IMG/VR virus record: IMGVR_UViG_3300034025_000011
Span: 1-39,468 of that record
DNA: 39,468 bases
DNA from: a virus
Lineage: Duplodnaviria; Caudoviricetes
Strand: one strand, 5' to 3'
Shown here: piece by piece, positions 9,729 through 17,649 of the stretch
Numbering within the stretch: position 1 is the first letter of the stretch
Layout: each line of letters starts with the position of its first letter
Translations under genes and position numbers: made by a program
The notes under the pieces: generated by a model
Told to the model about the DNA's origin: nothing
What the model saw: the letters and a program-made list of their open reading frames with translations, nothing else
Database searches by the model: none

Positions 9729-9757
9729 CATATTACACTAATCCACGCTCAACGCAA
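9729..9757 (-). promoter_or_regulatory. Putative sigma70 promoter for leader A and the recombination genes
   Basis: TTGCGT-16 nt-TAATAT on the minus strand, immediately 5' of the RNA element. Confidence 0.5.
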
Positions 9758-9760
9758 GCG

Positions 9761-10012
9761 CTATTCTTCGTAATCGCGTTCCATTTCGTCCATGATCTTA
9801 CTCACTTCCTCATGAATCGCCATTCCGTTCAGCTGGTACTGTTCGATGTCGCTGCCGTCTGCAATCCACTCAGCGCGGCGCCTGGCGTCAGCTTCATTGA
9901 ACAGTTTTGTGTAGAGATCGCTGCTTTGTTCGGCTTGGCGCTCACGCTCGCACTCAGCACGCAGAAAGCCTGTATCGCCTACGTCTGCTGCCCATGATGG
10001 ATAGCGGCTCAT
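9761..10012 (-). CDS. Hypothetical protein
   Basis: 83 aa, ATGA-coupled in the leftward operon. Confidence 0.65.
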   Translation of the reverse strand: MSRYPSWAADVGDTGFLRAECERERQAEQSSDLYTKLFNEADARRRAEWIADGSDIEQYQLNGMAIHEEVSKIMDEMERDYEE

Positions 10013-10419
10013 GCGATATTTTCCCTTGCGATAATTCCGGCAATATACTCTTGAACGTGCTGAAGGCGTGTGATGGCTCGCGAATCTGCTCTACGCAACT
10101 CATCTTCCTTTTCTGCCAATTCCTCTCTCATCTCTGCCACGCCCATTGCATAGGCGCGCTGATGGATAGCCCAGGAATCATCTGGATCTTGGTAACCAGA
10201 TAAGCCATTGCAAAATTTTTCTAGCGTTGCACGTTGGTTTGCTGAATCGCACTTCACGCAATCCAAGTATTCACTGCCAGGGTTATGGCCGCTGCCATTG
10301 CAATTTAAGCAAACACGTTCACTTAGCAGCTGCACAATAATCTCAGGCTTGACCACTAACATAGTCTTGCCATCCTTCACGCACTGTTCGGCTTGTTTCT
10401 TTAGTTCTTCGTAGATCAT
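10009..10419 (-). CDS. Hypothetical protein with CxxCxGxG..CxxC zinc-finger-like motif
   Basis: 'CLNCNGSG...CVKC'. Confidence 0.65.
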   Translation of the reverse strand: MIYEELKKQAEQCVKDGKTMLVVKPEIIVQLLSERVCLNCNGSGHNPGSEYLDCVKCDSANQRATLEKFCNGLSGYQDPDDSWAIHQRAYAMGVAEMREELAEKEDELRRADSRAITRLQHVQEYIAGIIARENIA

Positions 10420-10559
10420 TCTTTTCCCTTTCCTGAATGAAAAAATGAAATAATACCTACCAATAAAAAAATTGCTGCCATAACATCACACATTAAAGCG
10501 CTAGAATTTTTAGAAGAGAAAACAATAGAGCAAATTAAGAAAAATTGATGCTGTCTCAT
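10416..10559 (-). CDS. 47-aa hydrophobic peptide (MRQHQFFLICSIVF...GKGKE)
   Basis: Translated by hand; ATGA overlaps at both ends. Confidence 0.55.
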   Translation of the reverse strand: MRQHQFFLICSIVFSSKNSSALMCDVMAAIFLLVGIISFFHSGKGKE

Positions 10560-10645
10560 ACTAATCCGCCTTTCTCGATGATGCCCACAATCAGGGCGAT
10601 TACTGCAAGCGTTGCAAGGTGTAGTGCAGGTTGGTTAGTGGTCAT
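10556..10645 (-). CDS. 29-aa single-TM peptide MTTNQPALHLATLAVIALIVGIIEKGGLV
   Basis: GAGGA RBS; stop overlaps the next ATG. Confidence 0.55.
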   Translation of the reverse strand: MTTNQPALHLATLAVIALIVGIIEKGGLV

Positions 10646-10652
10646 GTCATCC

Positions 10653-10757
10653 TCAAAGTTTAGGCCCGTACAGCGCCAAGATTACAGCAGCAGGAAATGC
10701 CGCTAGTGCTAGTTGTGCGAGCCGTATTACTCCGAAATCGCGCTCTTTCTTGCTCAT
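10653..10757 (-). CDS. 34-aa single-TM peptide MSKKERDFGVIRLAQLALAAFPAAVILALYGPKL
   Basis: ATGA overlap with the upstream peptide; 3' part of ORF-track 10653-10886. Confidence 0.55.
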   Translation of the reverse strand: MSKKERDFGVIRLAQLALAAFPAAVILALYGPKL

Positions 10758-10861
10758 TTCTGGACCACGCACAAGTACGGGCCGACTGTTGTGATGATTA
10801 GGTAGGTTGTGCCGAACAGCATAGACAGCGCCAGGATCGCAGGGAGAATCATCTTTATCAT
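10754..10861 (-). CDS. 35-aa single-TM peptide MIKMILPAILALSMLFGTTYLIITTVGPYLCVVQK
   Basis: ATGA overlaps at both ends. Confidence 0.55.
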   Translation of the reverse strand: MIKMILPAILALSMLFGTTYLIITTVGPYLCVVQK

Positions 10862-11046
10862 GCTGCCGCCATCTTGTAAATGCCACGGTCTGCCACTGCT
10901 ACGCCATTCCACATCAGCGCATATAAGGCTGGCTCCAGCTGCGATGACGCTGCGTATCCTGCTGCATCAAACACTTTCTTGCGCAGCTCTGTAAGCGTTG
11001 CTTGGCCTGCTTTCAGTGCTTCTACTATCAACTCTTGTGTGCTCAT
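10858..11046 (-). CDS. First leftward gene, 62 aa, possible winged-helix protein
   Basis: GGAGAG RBS before MSTQELIVEALKAGQATLTEL. Confidence 0.6.
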   Translation of the reverse strand: MSTQELIVEALKAGQATLTELRKKVFDAAGYAASSQLEPALYALMWNGVAVADRGIYKMAAA

Positions 11047-11213
11047 GTTGCTCTCCGTTTGTGGCTGCGGTGTGCAGCGCTTGAGATGAACTATAGAGAA
11101 CTTTGCCAACTTATGCAAGTTCTTTTTGCATCAAATTTTTCTAGACAAACGGAAATTTGTAGATTACACTTTGTCCTGTAGTAATCAACTCACAACTGAC
11201 CAAAAGGAACGCC
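11047..11213. promoter_or_regulatory. Divergent early control region with candidate operators
   Basis: Strand switch, AT-rich; inverted repeats ATGCAA-N7-TTGCAT and ACAAA-N6-TTTGT; -10-like TATAGT (left) and TACACT (right). Confidence 0.6.
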
Positions 11214-11444
11214 ATGCAAGATAAATCATTAGCAGCTATCAATTCATTTTTAGACGAACTGAAAAAAGATAACGAATTAAAGAATGACGCTCATTTATGC
11301 CGCGAACTTGGAATCTTTCCGCCAGTTCTCAGCAAGGTTCGTAGTGGCATGCTTAACTTTGGTCCCATGATGATCCTGGCAGTTCATGAACGGTTCGGGA
11401 TAAAGGTAGCAAAAATACGTCAACTTACAGGGGCAAAAAAATGA
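11214..11444 (+). CDS. Cro-like / XRE HTH regulator
   Basis: 76 aa, 'KNDAHLCRELGIFPPVLSKVRSG'; first rightward gene. Confidence 0.75.
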   Translation: MQDKSLAAINSFLDELKKDNELKNDAHLCRELGIFPPVLSKVRSGMLNFGPMMILAVHERFGIKVAKIRQLTGAKK

Positions 11445-11680
11445 GCAAGCCTAAATTAACGCCATGGCTGAGTGGCAACCCGGTGCATGTTGGTGAATAC
11501 ATTGCTTCTTCCACGCGTTTTGAATGTCATCTTCGTTGGTGGAATGGAAAATTTTGGTCTGACATTTACTATAAACTTGATAGTCAATCAACTAAGAACT
11601 ATTTCGCGGGTAAAAAAGCCAAATTGCCAAAAGCAGCAAAAATCGAGTACAAAGGCCTGGCGGAGAACCCTCATGACTAG
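11441..11680 (+). CDS. Hypothetical protein
   Basis: 79 aa, coupled; 'PVHVGEY..RWWNGKFW'. Confidence 0.65.
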   Translation: MSKPKLTPWLSGNPVHVGEYIASSTRFECHLRWWNGKFWSDIYYKLDSQSTKNYFAGKKAKLPKAAKIEYKGLAENPHD

Positions 11681-11864
11681 CCGCGCCCTATACGATCGGA
11701 TCGGAGAATACCGAGCCGCCACAGCACGCATGACCAACAGCAACGCGACATTCACATGCGGCCAGTGCGGCAAGTACTCAGAAATACTAGGCCGGAAACT
11801 GATGAAGTCACCAAGCCGGATTAAGCGCTACATGTGCAAAATGTGCGCAGCGGAGGCTGTATGA
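11673..11864 (+). CDS. Small zinc-ribbon-like protein (start MTSRAL)
   Basis: Two CxxC pairs (CGQC, CKMC); overlaps with neighbours. Confidence 0.6.
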   Translation: MTSRALYDRIGEYRAATARMTNSNATFTCGQCGKYSEILGRKLMKSPSRIKRYMCKMCAAEAV

Positions 11865-12259
11865 GCACCAAGAGGCCGTTTGTACTGCTTAACGCAGACA
11901 TACGCCGCCGAGTGGCCGATTACGCGCTTAACGACGCTCCTGATGGCTGGGCTTGCGTATTCTCCGAGCCGACACGTAATTTAGAGCAATCGGCCAAGTT
12001 TCACGCAATCTGTGGCGATCTGGCTAAACAGTTGGCGTGGGCAGGCAGCAAGCGCAGCCTGGATGCCTGGAAGTTTCTCTTAATCAGCGGGCATAGCATT
12101 GCCACCAATCGTCCGACTGAGATTGTGCCCGGCTTGGAGGGTGAGCTTTTGAATATCCGCGAATCGTCTGCATCAATGAGCAAGGCGCGCATGGCAAGCT
12201 TGATCGATTACTGCATAGCTTTCTGCGCACAAAACAACGTCAACTTAACCGAAAGGTAA
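11861..12259 (+). CDS. ninB: NinB family recombination protein
   Basis: 'TRNLEQSAKFHAICGDLAKQ..W.G', 'VPGLEGE', 'RESSASMSK'. Confidence 0.85.
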   Translation: MSTKRPFVLLNADIRRRVADYALNDAPDGWACVFSEPTRNLEQSAKFHAICGDLAKQLAWAGSKRSLDAWKFLLISGHSIATNRPTEIVPGLEGELLNIRESSASMSKARMASLIDYCIAFCAQNNVNLTER

Positions 12260-12261
12260 TC

Positions 12262-12747
12262 ATGGAAACGAAAACCGAAGCAAACCGACCTGCTGTCGCA
12301 ATTAGCAACATGAAGCGCGGCCAAAAGAACATGCTTACTCTGCTGGACTCGTTACGTCTGGGAATGCTGGACGTTGGCGAAATTGGTCTCATGTTTAACT
12401 TAAGCGAGTCGAGTGTGCGCAAGTACCTGCGAACGGCAATTGAATATGGCGCTGTACGAGAGAACGAGGGGCGCAATAAGTTCGGTCTTAAGCTGTATGA
12501 GATTGGCGACGAAGATGCTATTGCCGAAATGCTGCTAGACCAAGATCGCCAGCGCGGCAAGCCTGTACGTACCGGAAAGCCTCGTCCTAGTCTATCAGAG
12601 GTGCGCAAAGCTAACGCGCTAAAGGAAGGGCGCCGCTTCGTTCATCATGGCGATAATAACGATCATTTCCGGCCCGAGCCAATGCGCCCCGCGTTCCGCT
12701 GCGAGATGGAAAACTATATTTTTGGACCAGCAAAGGGGGCAGTATGA
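12262..12747 (+). CDS. Hypothetical protein, possible HTH
   Basis: 'VGEIGLMFNLSESSVRKYL'. Confidence 0.6.
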   Translation: METKTEANRPAVAISNMKRGQKNMLTLLDSLRLGMLDVGEIGLMFNLSESSVRKYLRTAIEYGAVRENEGRNKFGLKLYEIGDEDAIAEMLLDQDRQRGKPVRTGKPRPSLSEVRKANALKEGRRFVHHGDNNDHFRPEPMRPAFRCEMENYIFGPAKGAV

Positions 12748-13499
12748 GCAGAATCGTATGTTGGTTTTCATGCGGGGCAGCATCAGCAGTTGCCACAAAG
12801 TTAGCTATTGAGCAAAATTCAAAAAGCGCAAATCCACAACCGTTAGTAGTTGTTCGCTGCATTGTTCGCGAGGAGCATCCAGACAATGATCGTTTTGCCA
12901 AAGAGTGTTCCAAATGGTTTGGTCAGCCTATAGTTGACCTAATGAACGAAAAATATAATGGTTCAATTTATGAGACTTTTCGTCAAAGAAAATATATTTC
13001 TGGCATAGCTGGTGCGCCATGTACTAAATATTTGAAAAAAGAATTGCGCCAAAATTTTGAATGCGATTCAGACATTCAAGTATTTGGGTATACAGCAGAA
13101 GAACAGGATAGAGTAGATGGTTTTATTGATGGCAATTCTCACGTAAAACTTTGGCCTATTTTAATCGAAAAAGGATTACAACATTCTGATTGTTTAGCTC
13201 TTGTAGAGCGAGCAGGAATAGAATTGCCTTTCATGTACAAACTTGGATATCGTAATAATAATTGCATTGGATGCGTGAAGGCTGGTGCTGGCTATTGGAA
13301 TAAAATACGGGTAGATTTTCCTCTTGTTTTTACTCATATGGCTCAATTAAGCGAAAAAATTGGAACTAAGCTTGTTAAGCAAGATGGGGAGAGAATATTC
13401 CTATCGCAATTACGTCCAGAGACAGGAGATTATCCCACTGAGCCAGAAATCCAATGCGGCATTTTCTGTGAACTTGCAGAACAGGATATTGCAGCATGA
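12744..13499 (+). CDS. PAPS-reductase-like / PP-loop family protein
   Basis: 'WFSCGAASAVA', 'EEHPDN', 'APCTKYLKK', 'GYRNNNCIGCVK', C-terminal 'CGIFC'. Confidence 0.8.
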   Translation: MSRIVCWFSCGAASAVATKLAIEQNSKSANPQPLVVVRCIVREEHPDNDRFAKECSKWFGQPIVDLMNEKYNGSIYETFRQRKYISGIAGAPCTKYLKKELRQNFECDSDIQVFGYTAEEQDRVDGFIDGNSHVKLWPILIEKGLQHSDCLALVERAGIELPFMYKLGYRNNNCIGCVKAGAGYWNKIRVDFPLVFTHMAQLSEKIGTKLVKQDGERIFLSQLRPETGDYPTEPEIQCGIFCELAEQDIAA

Positions 13500-14140
13500 T
13501 CCGCTCGCCCATGAAGAGAACACAGTTTAAGCCAGTCGAGCCAAAGCCGGAAGCTGGACCACGGCAAACGCGCTGCGGCTGGTGCAAGACTAAATTCGTT
13601 GCTGACCCCCCCTGGCTGAAGCATTGCAGCGATGACTGTGGCGCCGAGCTTGGTATGGCGCTAGCTGCTAAGCAAAAGGCAAAGGCGCAGCGTCAGGAGC
13701 GCGCAGAGACGAAAAAGAAGTTAGCCGAATACGAAACTATCCCCCAGCTTAAATTCCGTCTTCAGACCGTTTTTAACCTGTATATCAGGCTTCGCGACGA
13801 AATCGGCGGTTATCCGTGCATCTGCTGTGGCAAGTGGCCTAAAGGCGATGCAAGCCTAACCGGCGGCCAATGGGATGCCTGTCACTGGAAGGGGCGCGGC
13901 GCGCATGACCATCTTCGATTCAACGAGGACAACGTGCATCGCGGCCTAAAGGATTGCAACAAGTACGGCCACACAGACTATCGAGGCGGATTAATTAAGC
14001 GCATCGGCCTAGAGCGTGTGGAAGCGCTGGAGAATAACCACGCAGTAATCAAATGGACTCGCGAAGGCTTGCTTGCCATGATCGCAGAATATTCCATCAA
14101 AGTTAAACAATTGAAAAAGGAACAATCATGCCTACCGTAG
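13496..14140 (+). CDS. ninG: NinG (Rap-like) nuclease
   Basis: N-terminal Zn finger; 'FNLYIRLRD..PCICCG', 'DACH', 'LRFNEDNVH', 'RIGLERVEALE'. Confidence 0.88.
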   Translation: MIRSPMKRTQFKPVEPKPEAGPRQTRCGWCKTKFVADPPWLKHCSDDCGAELGMALAAKQKAKAQRQERAETKKKLAEYETIPQLKFRLQTVFNLYIRLRDEIGGYPCICCGKWPKGDASLTGGQWDACHWKGRGAHDHLRFNEDNVHRGLKDCNKYGHTDYRGGLIKRIGLERVEALENNHAVIKWTREGLLAMIAEYSIKVKQLKKEQSCLP

Positions 14141-14412
14141 AAGTTCATATTGATAGATATGTTGAAGTCAATGTAAGTCTTGAAGATTTTGATACGTTAG
14201 ATTTGCTAGAAGAGATTGGAAAGAGAGATATTGGAAAGCAAGATCATTTAGATGATTGTGCCAGCCCTATACCTTGCATCGTACCGCCTCTCAATAGCGA
14301 AGAAGTTCATCCACTGCATAGGGTCTACTACCGTCTAAAGCTTGGCGATGATGCTGGCGCTATAGAGGAAATGCGCAAGTATTTGAGTGATGAACTAGGC
14401 GTAGTGCTTTAG
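14128..14412 (+). CDS. Hypothetical protein
   Basis: 94 aa, AAGGA RBS. Confidence 0.65.
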   Translation: MPTVEVHIDRYVEVNVSLEDFDTLDLLEEIGKRDIGKQDHLDDCASPIPCIVPPLNSEEVHPLHRVYYRLKLGDDAGAIEEMRKYLSDELGVVL

Positions 14413-14414
14413 TT

Positions 14415-14720
14415 ATGAAGATGCTGCCTATTTCCGATCTAGTCGGCCAAGCGCCCCCACTTGATCCAGCATCTATGCAATACCGCGCTGTCTTGGCTCA
14501 AATCTGGATTGATCGCAATGAAAAGAATCCAGAGCGTGCTTGTGCCGGGTGCATCTTTAAAGGTCAACGCGCAAAAGTCTGTGTTCAAGCCGGGCACTCA
14601 GCGCGGCGTGCTGGATTTCCTGACTGTGAGGCACGCGACGCTGAATCAGACAAAACACATATCTATGTAGCTGTGCCAACCGATCCACGCCAGCTACCAA
14701 TCATTACGGAGGAAGTATGA
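14415..14720 (+). CDS. Hypothetical Cys-containing protein
   Basis: 'CAGCIF..C..C'; operon context. Confidence 0.6.
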   Translation: MKMLPISDLVGQAPPLDPASMQYRAVLAQIWIDRNEKNPERACAGCIFKGQRAKVCVQAGHSARRAGFPDCEARDAESDKTHIYVAVPTDPRQLPIITEEV

Positions 14721-15085
14721 GAACAGGCCGCCCAAGTTTGCGAGACAAATTCATCGCCGCGCTACCAGCTACGCGCCAAGAGATAGCCAAGAGTACCGGC
14801 ATCAGCGACCCGACTATTACAAAATGGATAGGAGTGCTACGTGCTGAGCAGAACATTCACATAGCCCGTTGGCGCCGCGCAAAGAGCATGGGTAGTATGC
14901 AGCCAGTCTATGTGCTTGGCCCTGGCGTAGACGCTCCTAAGCTGGCTCCACGCACGCCAAAGGAAAGCCAAGCGCGCTATCACAAGAAGCACCCTGGCAG
15001 GCGCAGTGAGATACATGCACGATCATATCGCATGGTCAAGCTACGAAAGAAGGGGCATGGATTCTTTGCCGCGCTGTTCATGTAG
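14717..15085 (+). CDS. Winged-HTH DNA-binding protein
   Basis: 'TRQEIAKSTGISDPTITKWI'; basic C-terminus. Confidence 0.7.
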   Translation: MRTGRPSLRDKFIAALPATRQEIAKSTGISDPTITKWIGVLRAEQNIHIARWRRAKSMGSMQPVYVLGPGVDAPKLAPRTPKESQARYHKKHPGRRSEIHARSYRMVKLRKKGHGFFAALFM

Positions 15086-15089
15086 TCTC

Positions 15090-15112
15090 AGCCACCTTCG
15101 GGTGGCTTTTTT
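15090..15112 (+). terminator. Intrinsic terminator
   Basis: AGCCACC-TTCG-GGTGGCT followed by a T-run. Confidence 0.9.
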
Positions 15113-15143
15113 ACGTCCAAGCCAAACTTTTTCAACAAATCGT

Positions 15144-15171
15144 TTGCGCTACGCCAAAATCTTGGTACAGT
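15144..15171 (+). promoter_or_regulatory. Putative sigma70 promoter for leader B and the replication genes
   Basis: TTGCGC-16 nt-TACAGT with extended TG; same layout as the promoter of leader A. Confidence 0.5.
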
Positions 15172-15177
15172 AGAGTC

Positions 15178-15284
15178 TGCCTTGGCGGGCAACTAAATCC
15201 ATGGAAGCGTTTAATGCATCGTGGCCGGTCATGGACCGGTTCCGCCAACCTTGAAAAAGGACGGTGCATTAAACGCTTTTTTTT
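15178..15284 (+). ncRNA. C4/CI-like structured leader RNA, copy B
   Basis: TTGGCGG (15182) complements CCGCCAA (15242); TCCATG (15198) complements CATGGA (15230); 18-bp closing stem followed by a T-run. Confidence 0.75.
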
Positions 15285-15301
15285 CGTCTTAAGGAAAGCA
15301 A

Positions 15302-15424
15302 ATGAATGCAAATTACCAACACTATGAATTTCTGAAAGCGGCTTGGAAACAAAAGAATCTGGGCGCAACACCAGAACAGTACCAAGTTGCAATGGCACGA
15401 ATTGCTAAACATTGCGGAATCTAA
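15302..15424 (+). CDS. 40-aa protein MNANYQHYEFLKAAWKQKNLGATPEQYQVAMARIAKHCGI (not in ORF track)
   Basis: AAGGA RBS; fills the gap between leader B and the initiator gene. Confidence 0.65.
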   Translation: MNANYQHYEFLKAAWKQKNLGATPEQYQVAMARIAKHCGI

Positions 15425-15426
15425 TC

Positions 15427-16215
15427 ATGGCTATTCAATGGTTAAGGCTATGGCATGACATGCCAAATGATCCAAAGTGGCGCACGGTTGCTAGGGTATC
15501 AAAGCAGCCTATTACGGCTGTAATTGCTGTGTACATACATTTGCTTGTTGCGGCATCGAACGCAACCGAACGCGGACGAACGCAAAGTGCGTCAATCGAA
15601 GACATAGCGAGCGCACTTGACATGGAAAGCGAACAAATCGAACAAATCATGAGTGCGATGCAAGGTAGGGTACTTGATGAAGATCGGATCAGTGGATGGG
15701 ATAAAAGACAGGTAGAACGGGAGGATGGATCAGCAGCAAGGGCAAAAGCTTGGCGAGAAAGCAAGAAAACAGGGGATAAAACGCATAGCGAACGCGACCG
15801 AACGCACTCCGAACGCAAACAAACTCCAGATAAAGATAAAGATAAAGATAAAGAGTTAACTACCCCCATACCCCCTGACGGGGGCAAGGTCAGCAAGAAA
15901 AGTTCAGCAATCAGCCTTCGCACATATCTCGACGAGTGCAAAGCAGCTTCGGTGAAGTCGATACCTGAAACTGATCCAGTTTTTGACTATGCCGCAAAGA
16001 TTGGATTGCCTGACGAGTTCTTACGGTTGCAGTGGCTAGAGTTCCGCGAACGCTACACGTTGCCAGATGCAAAGCGATACAAAGCCTGGACGACAGTTTT
16101 TAGAAAGTCTGTGCAAGGGAACTGGTTCAAGCTGTGGTATTGCGATAGCGAAGGTAAGTATCTTTTGACAACGGTAGGCCAGCAGGCTGATAAAAACCAC
16201 AAGGAAGCAGCATGA
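15427..16215 (+). CDS. Replication initiator (probable start MAIQWLRLWHD)
   Basis: 'WLRLWHDMPNDPKW', DK repeat linker, internal iterons, followed by DnaB. Confidence 0.82.
   Translation: MAIQWLRLWHDMPNDPKWRTVARVSKQPITAVIAVYIHLLVAASNATERGRTQSASIEDIASALDMESEQIEQIMSAMQGRVLDEDRISGWDKRQVEREDGSAARAKAWRESKKTGDKTHSERDRTHSERKQTPDKDKDKDKELTTPIPPDGGKVSKKSSAISLRTYLDECKAASVKSIPETDPVFDYAAKIGLPDEFLRLQWLEFRERYTLPDAKRYKAWTTVFRKSVQGNWFKLWYCDSEGKYLLTTVGQQADKNHKEAA
15557..15852 (+). repeat. Iterons / probable replication origin
   Basis: CGAACGC at 15557, 15567, 15577, 15789, 15799, 15810; (GATAAA)x4 at 15829-15852. Confidence 0.7.
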
Positions 16216-17591
16216 TTGAATACGACGACAACGAAGTAACAGTGCGGGCAGAACAGGCTGTGATTGGCTCCTTGCTTCTTCAAAACGATGCACTTGACCG
16301 CTGCTCTGAGCTTGAGCCAAGTCATTTTTTCAGGCATGACCATCGTTTGATGTTCGCTGAGATTGCGAGGCAGATTGGGTTAAACCAGAGAGCTGACGCT
16401 ATTACGATTTTTGAGAGGCTGAAAGATCAGGTGGTTGATTGTCTGCCGTACATGGTCCAAATGCAGAGTTCTGCCGTTAGTGCCGCCAACATTCGTAAGC
16501 ACGCCGATATCATCGTTGAGAAGGCATCTAAACGGGCGCTGGCGGCTTTATCTGTAGAAATGGGTGAGCTTGCCTCATCTCATCAGCCGGTGGCCGTATG
16601 CGTCGATTTAATGGCTTCTAAGCTTGAGCAGATAGCCCACCGAAAAACAGCAACCGATCCAGTCATGGTGAGCGACATGATGAGCGATTACATTGATTTG
16701 CTTACAAGCCGCATGGAAGGCGGACAAAAGCCTATCAGTACTGGCCATCTGCATCTGGACGAAATGCTTGGTGGGGGTTTAGAGCGAGGAACTTTGACCG
16801 TAGTGGCAGCGCGGCCAGGAATGGGGAAAACTGCGTTTGGCTTAGGGGTTGCTCGTAACGTGGCAGAAGATGGTACTGCGTTATTTCTTTCTATGGAAAT
16901 GGCGGCGAGGCAGGTTACAGATCGAAATGTTGCTGCACTTGGCAAGATTCCACTGGGATGGCTTAAGAATCCTAGCGAGGACAATCATCCGGGAAACATG
17001 AATACTGAATACTGGAACAATTTGACGGTGGCGATTAAGAAAACTCAAGAGCTAAAGCTTTACGTTGACGATCAAACTGGTCTGAACATGATTGAAATTC
17101 GCGCTAAGTGCCGGAAGGTGAAAAGGCAAAGTGGGCTAGATTTGGTTGTAATTGACCAGTTGAGTTTTATAACTGGTGGTGTTGGCGACAAGTCATGGGA
17201 AACAACGGGGCAGTACACAAGGGCATGTATAGCCTTAGCTAAAGAGCTTGATGCAGCTGTCATCCTCTTGTGCCAGCTAAACCGTGAGTGCGAGAAGCGG
17301 TCGGATCAAAGGCCAATTATGTCTGATTTGGCCGTATCAGGAAGCATTGAACAGGATGCAGCTAACATAATTTTTCTGTACCGTGATGATGTGGCAAGAA
17401 AATTGCCACGCAATGAACATACAGATATTTGTGAAGTGCAATCGGTTAAGCAGCGTCAAGGTGAGCCAGGAACTATCGGGATGAAGTACGTTGGTTCGCA
17501 AACTCGTTTTGAAGATTTGCCATATCGTTGGGAGAGGATGCAAGAAAGCCGTGACCAAGGAGGTCAACGAAAGAGCAAAGGTTTTCCATGA
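16212..17591 (+). CDS. dnaB: Replicative DNA helicase DnaB
   Basis: 'AARPGMGKT', 'SMEM', 'VVIDQL', 'QLNR', 'SGSIEQDA', 'KQRQG'. Confidence 0.96.
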   Translation: MIEYDDNEVTVRAEQAVIGSLLLQNDALDRCSELEPSHFFRHDHRLMFAEIARQIGLNQRADAITIFERLKDQVVDCLPYMVQMQSSAVSAANIRKHADIIVEKASKRALAALSVEMGELASSHQPVAVCVDLMASKLEQIAHRKTATDPVMVSDMMSDYIDLLTSRMEGGQKPISTGHLHLDEMLGGGLERGTLTVVAARPGMGKTAFGLGVARNVAEDGTALFLSMEMAARQVTDRNVAALGKIPLGWLKNPSEDNHPGNMNTEYWNNLTVAIKKTQELKLYVDDQTGLNMIEIRAKCRKVKRQSGLDLVVIDQLSFITGGVGDKSWETTGQYTRACIALAKELDAAVILLCQLNRECEKRSDQRPIMSDLAVSGSIEQDAANIIFLYRDDVARKLPRNEHTDICEVQSVKQRQGEPGTIGMKYVGSQTRFEDLPYRWERMQESRDQGGQRKSKGFP

Positions 17592-17638
17592 AGTGCATCG
17601 ACTGTCAGGCGCTCAACTTAAATTTAACCAAACAATAG
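17588..17638 (+). pseudogene. Truncated 5' remnant (MKCIDCQALNLNLTKQ) of the gene family at 18303
   Basis: First 11 codons match MKCLECQALNL. Confidence 0.7.
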
Positions 17639-17649
17639 AGAGATAAAAA

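Noticed and set aside
15829-15852. CRISPR array or DGR-type repeats
   Set aside because: Only short tandem repeats; no repeat-spacer array or reverse transcriptase seen in the window.
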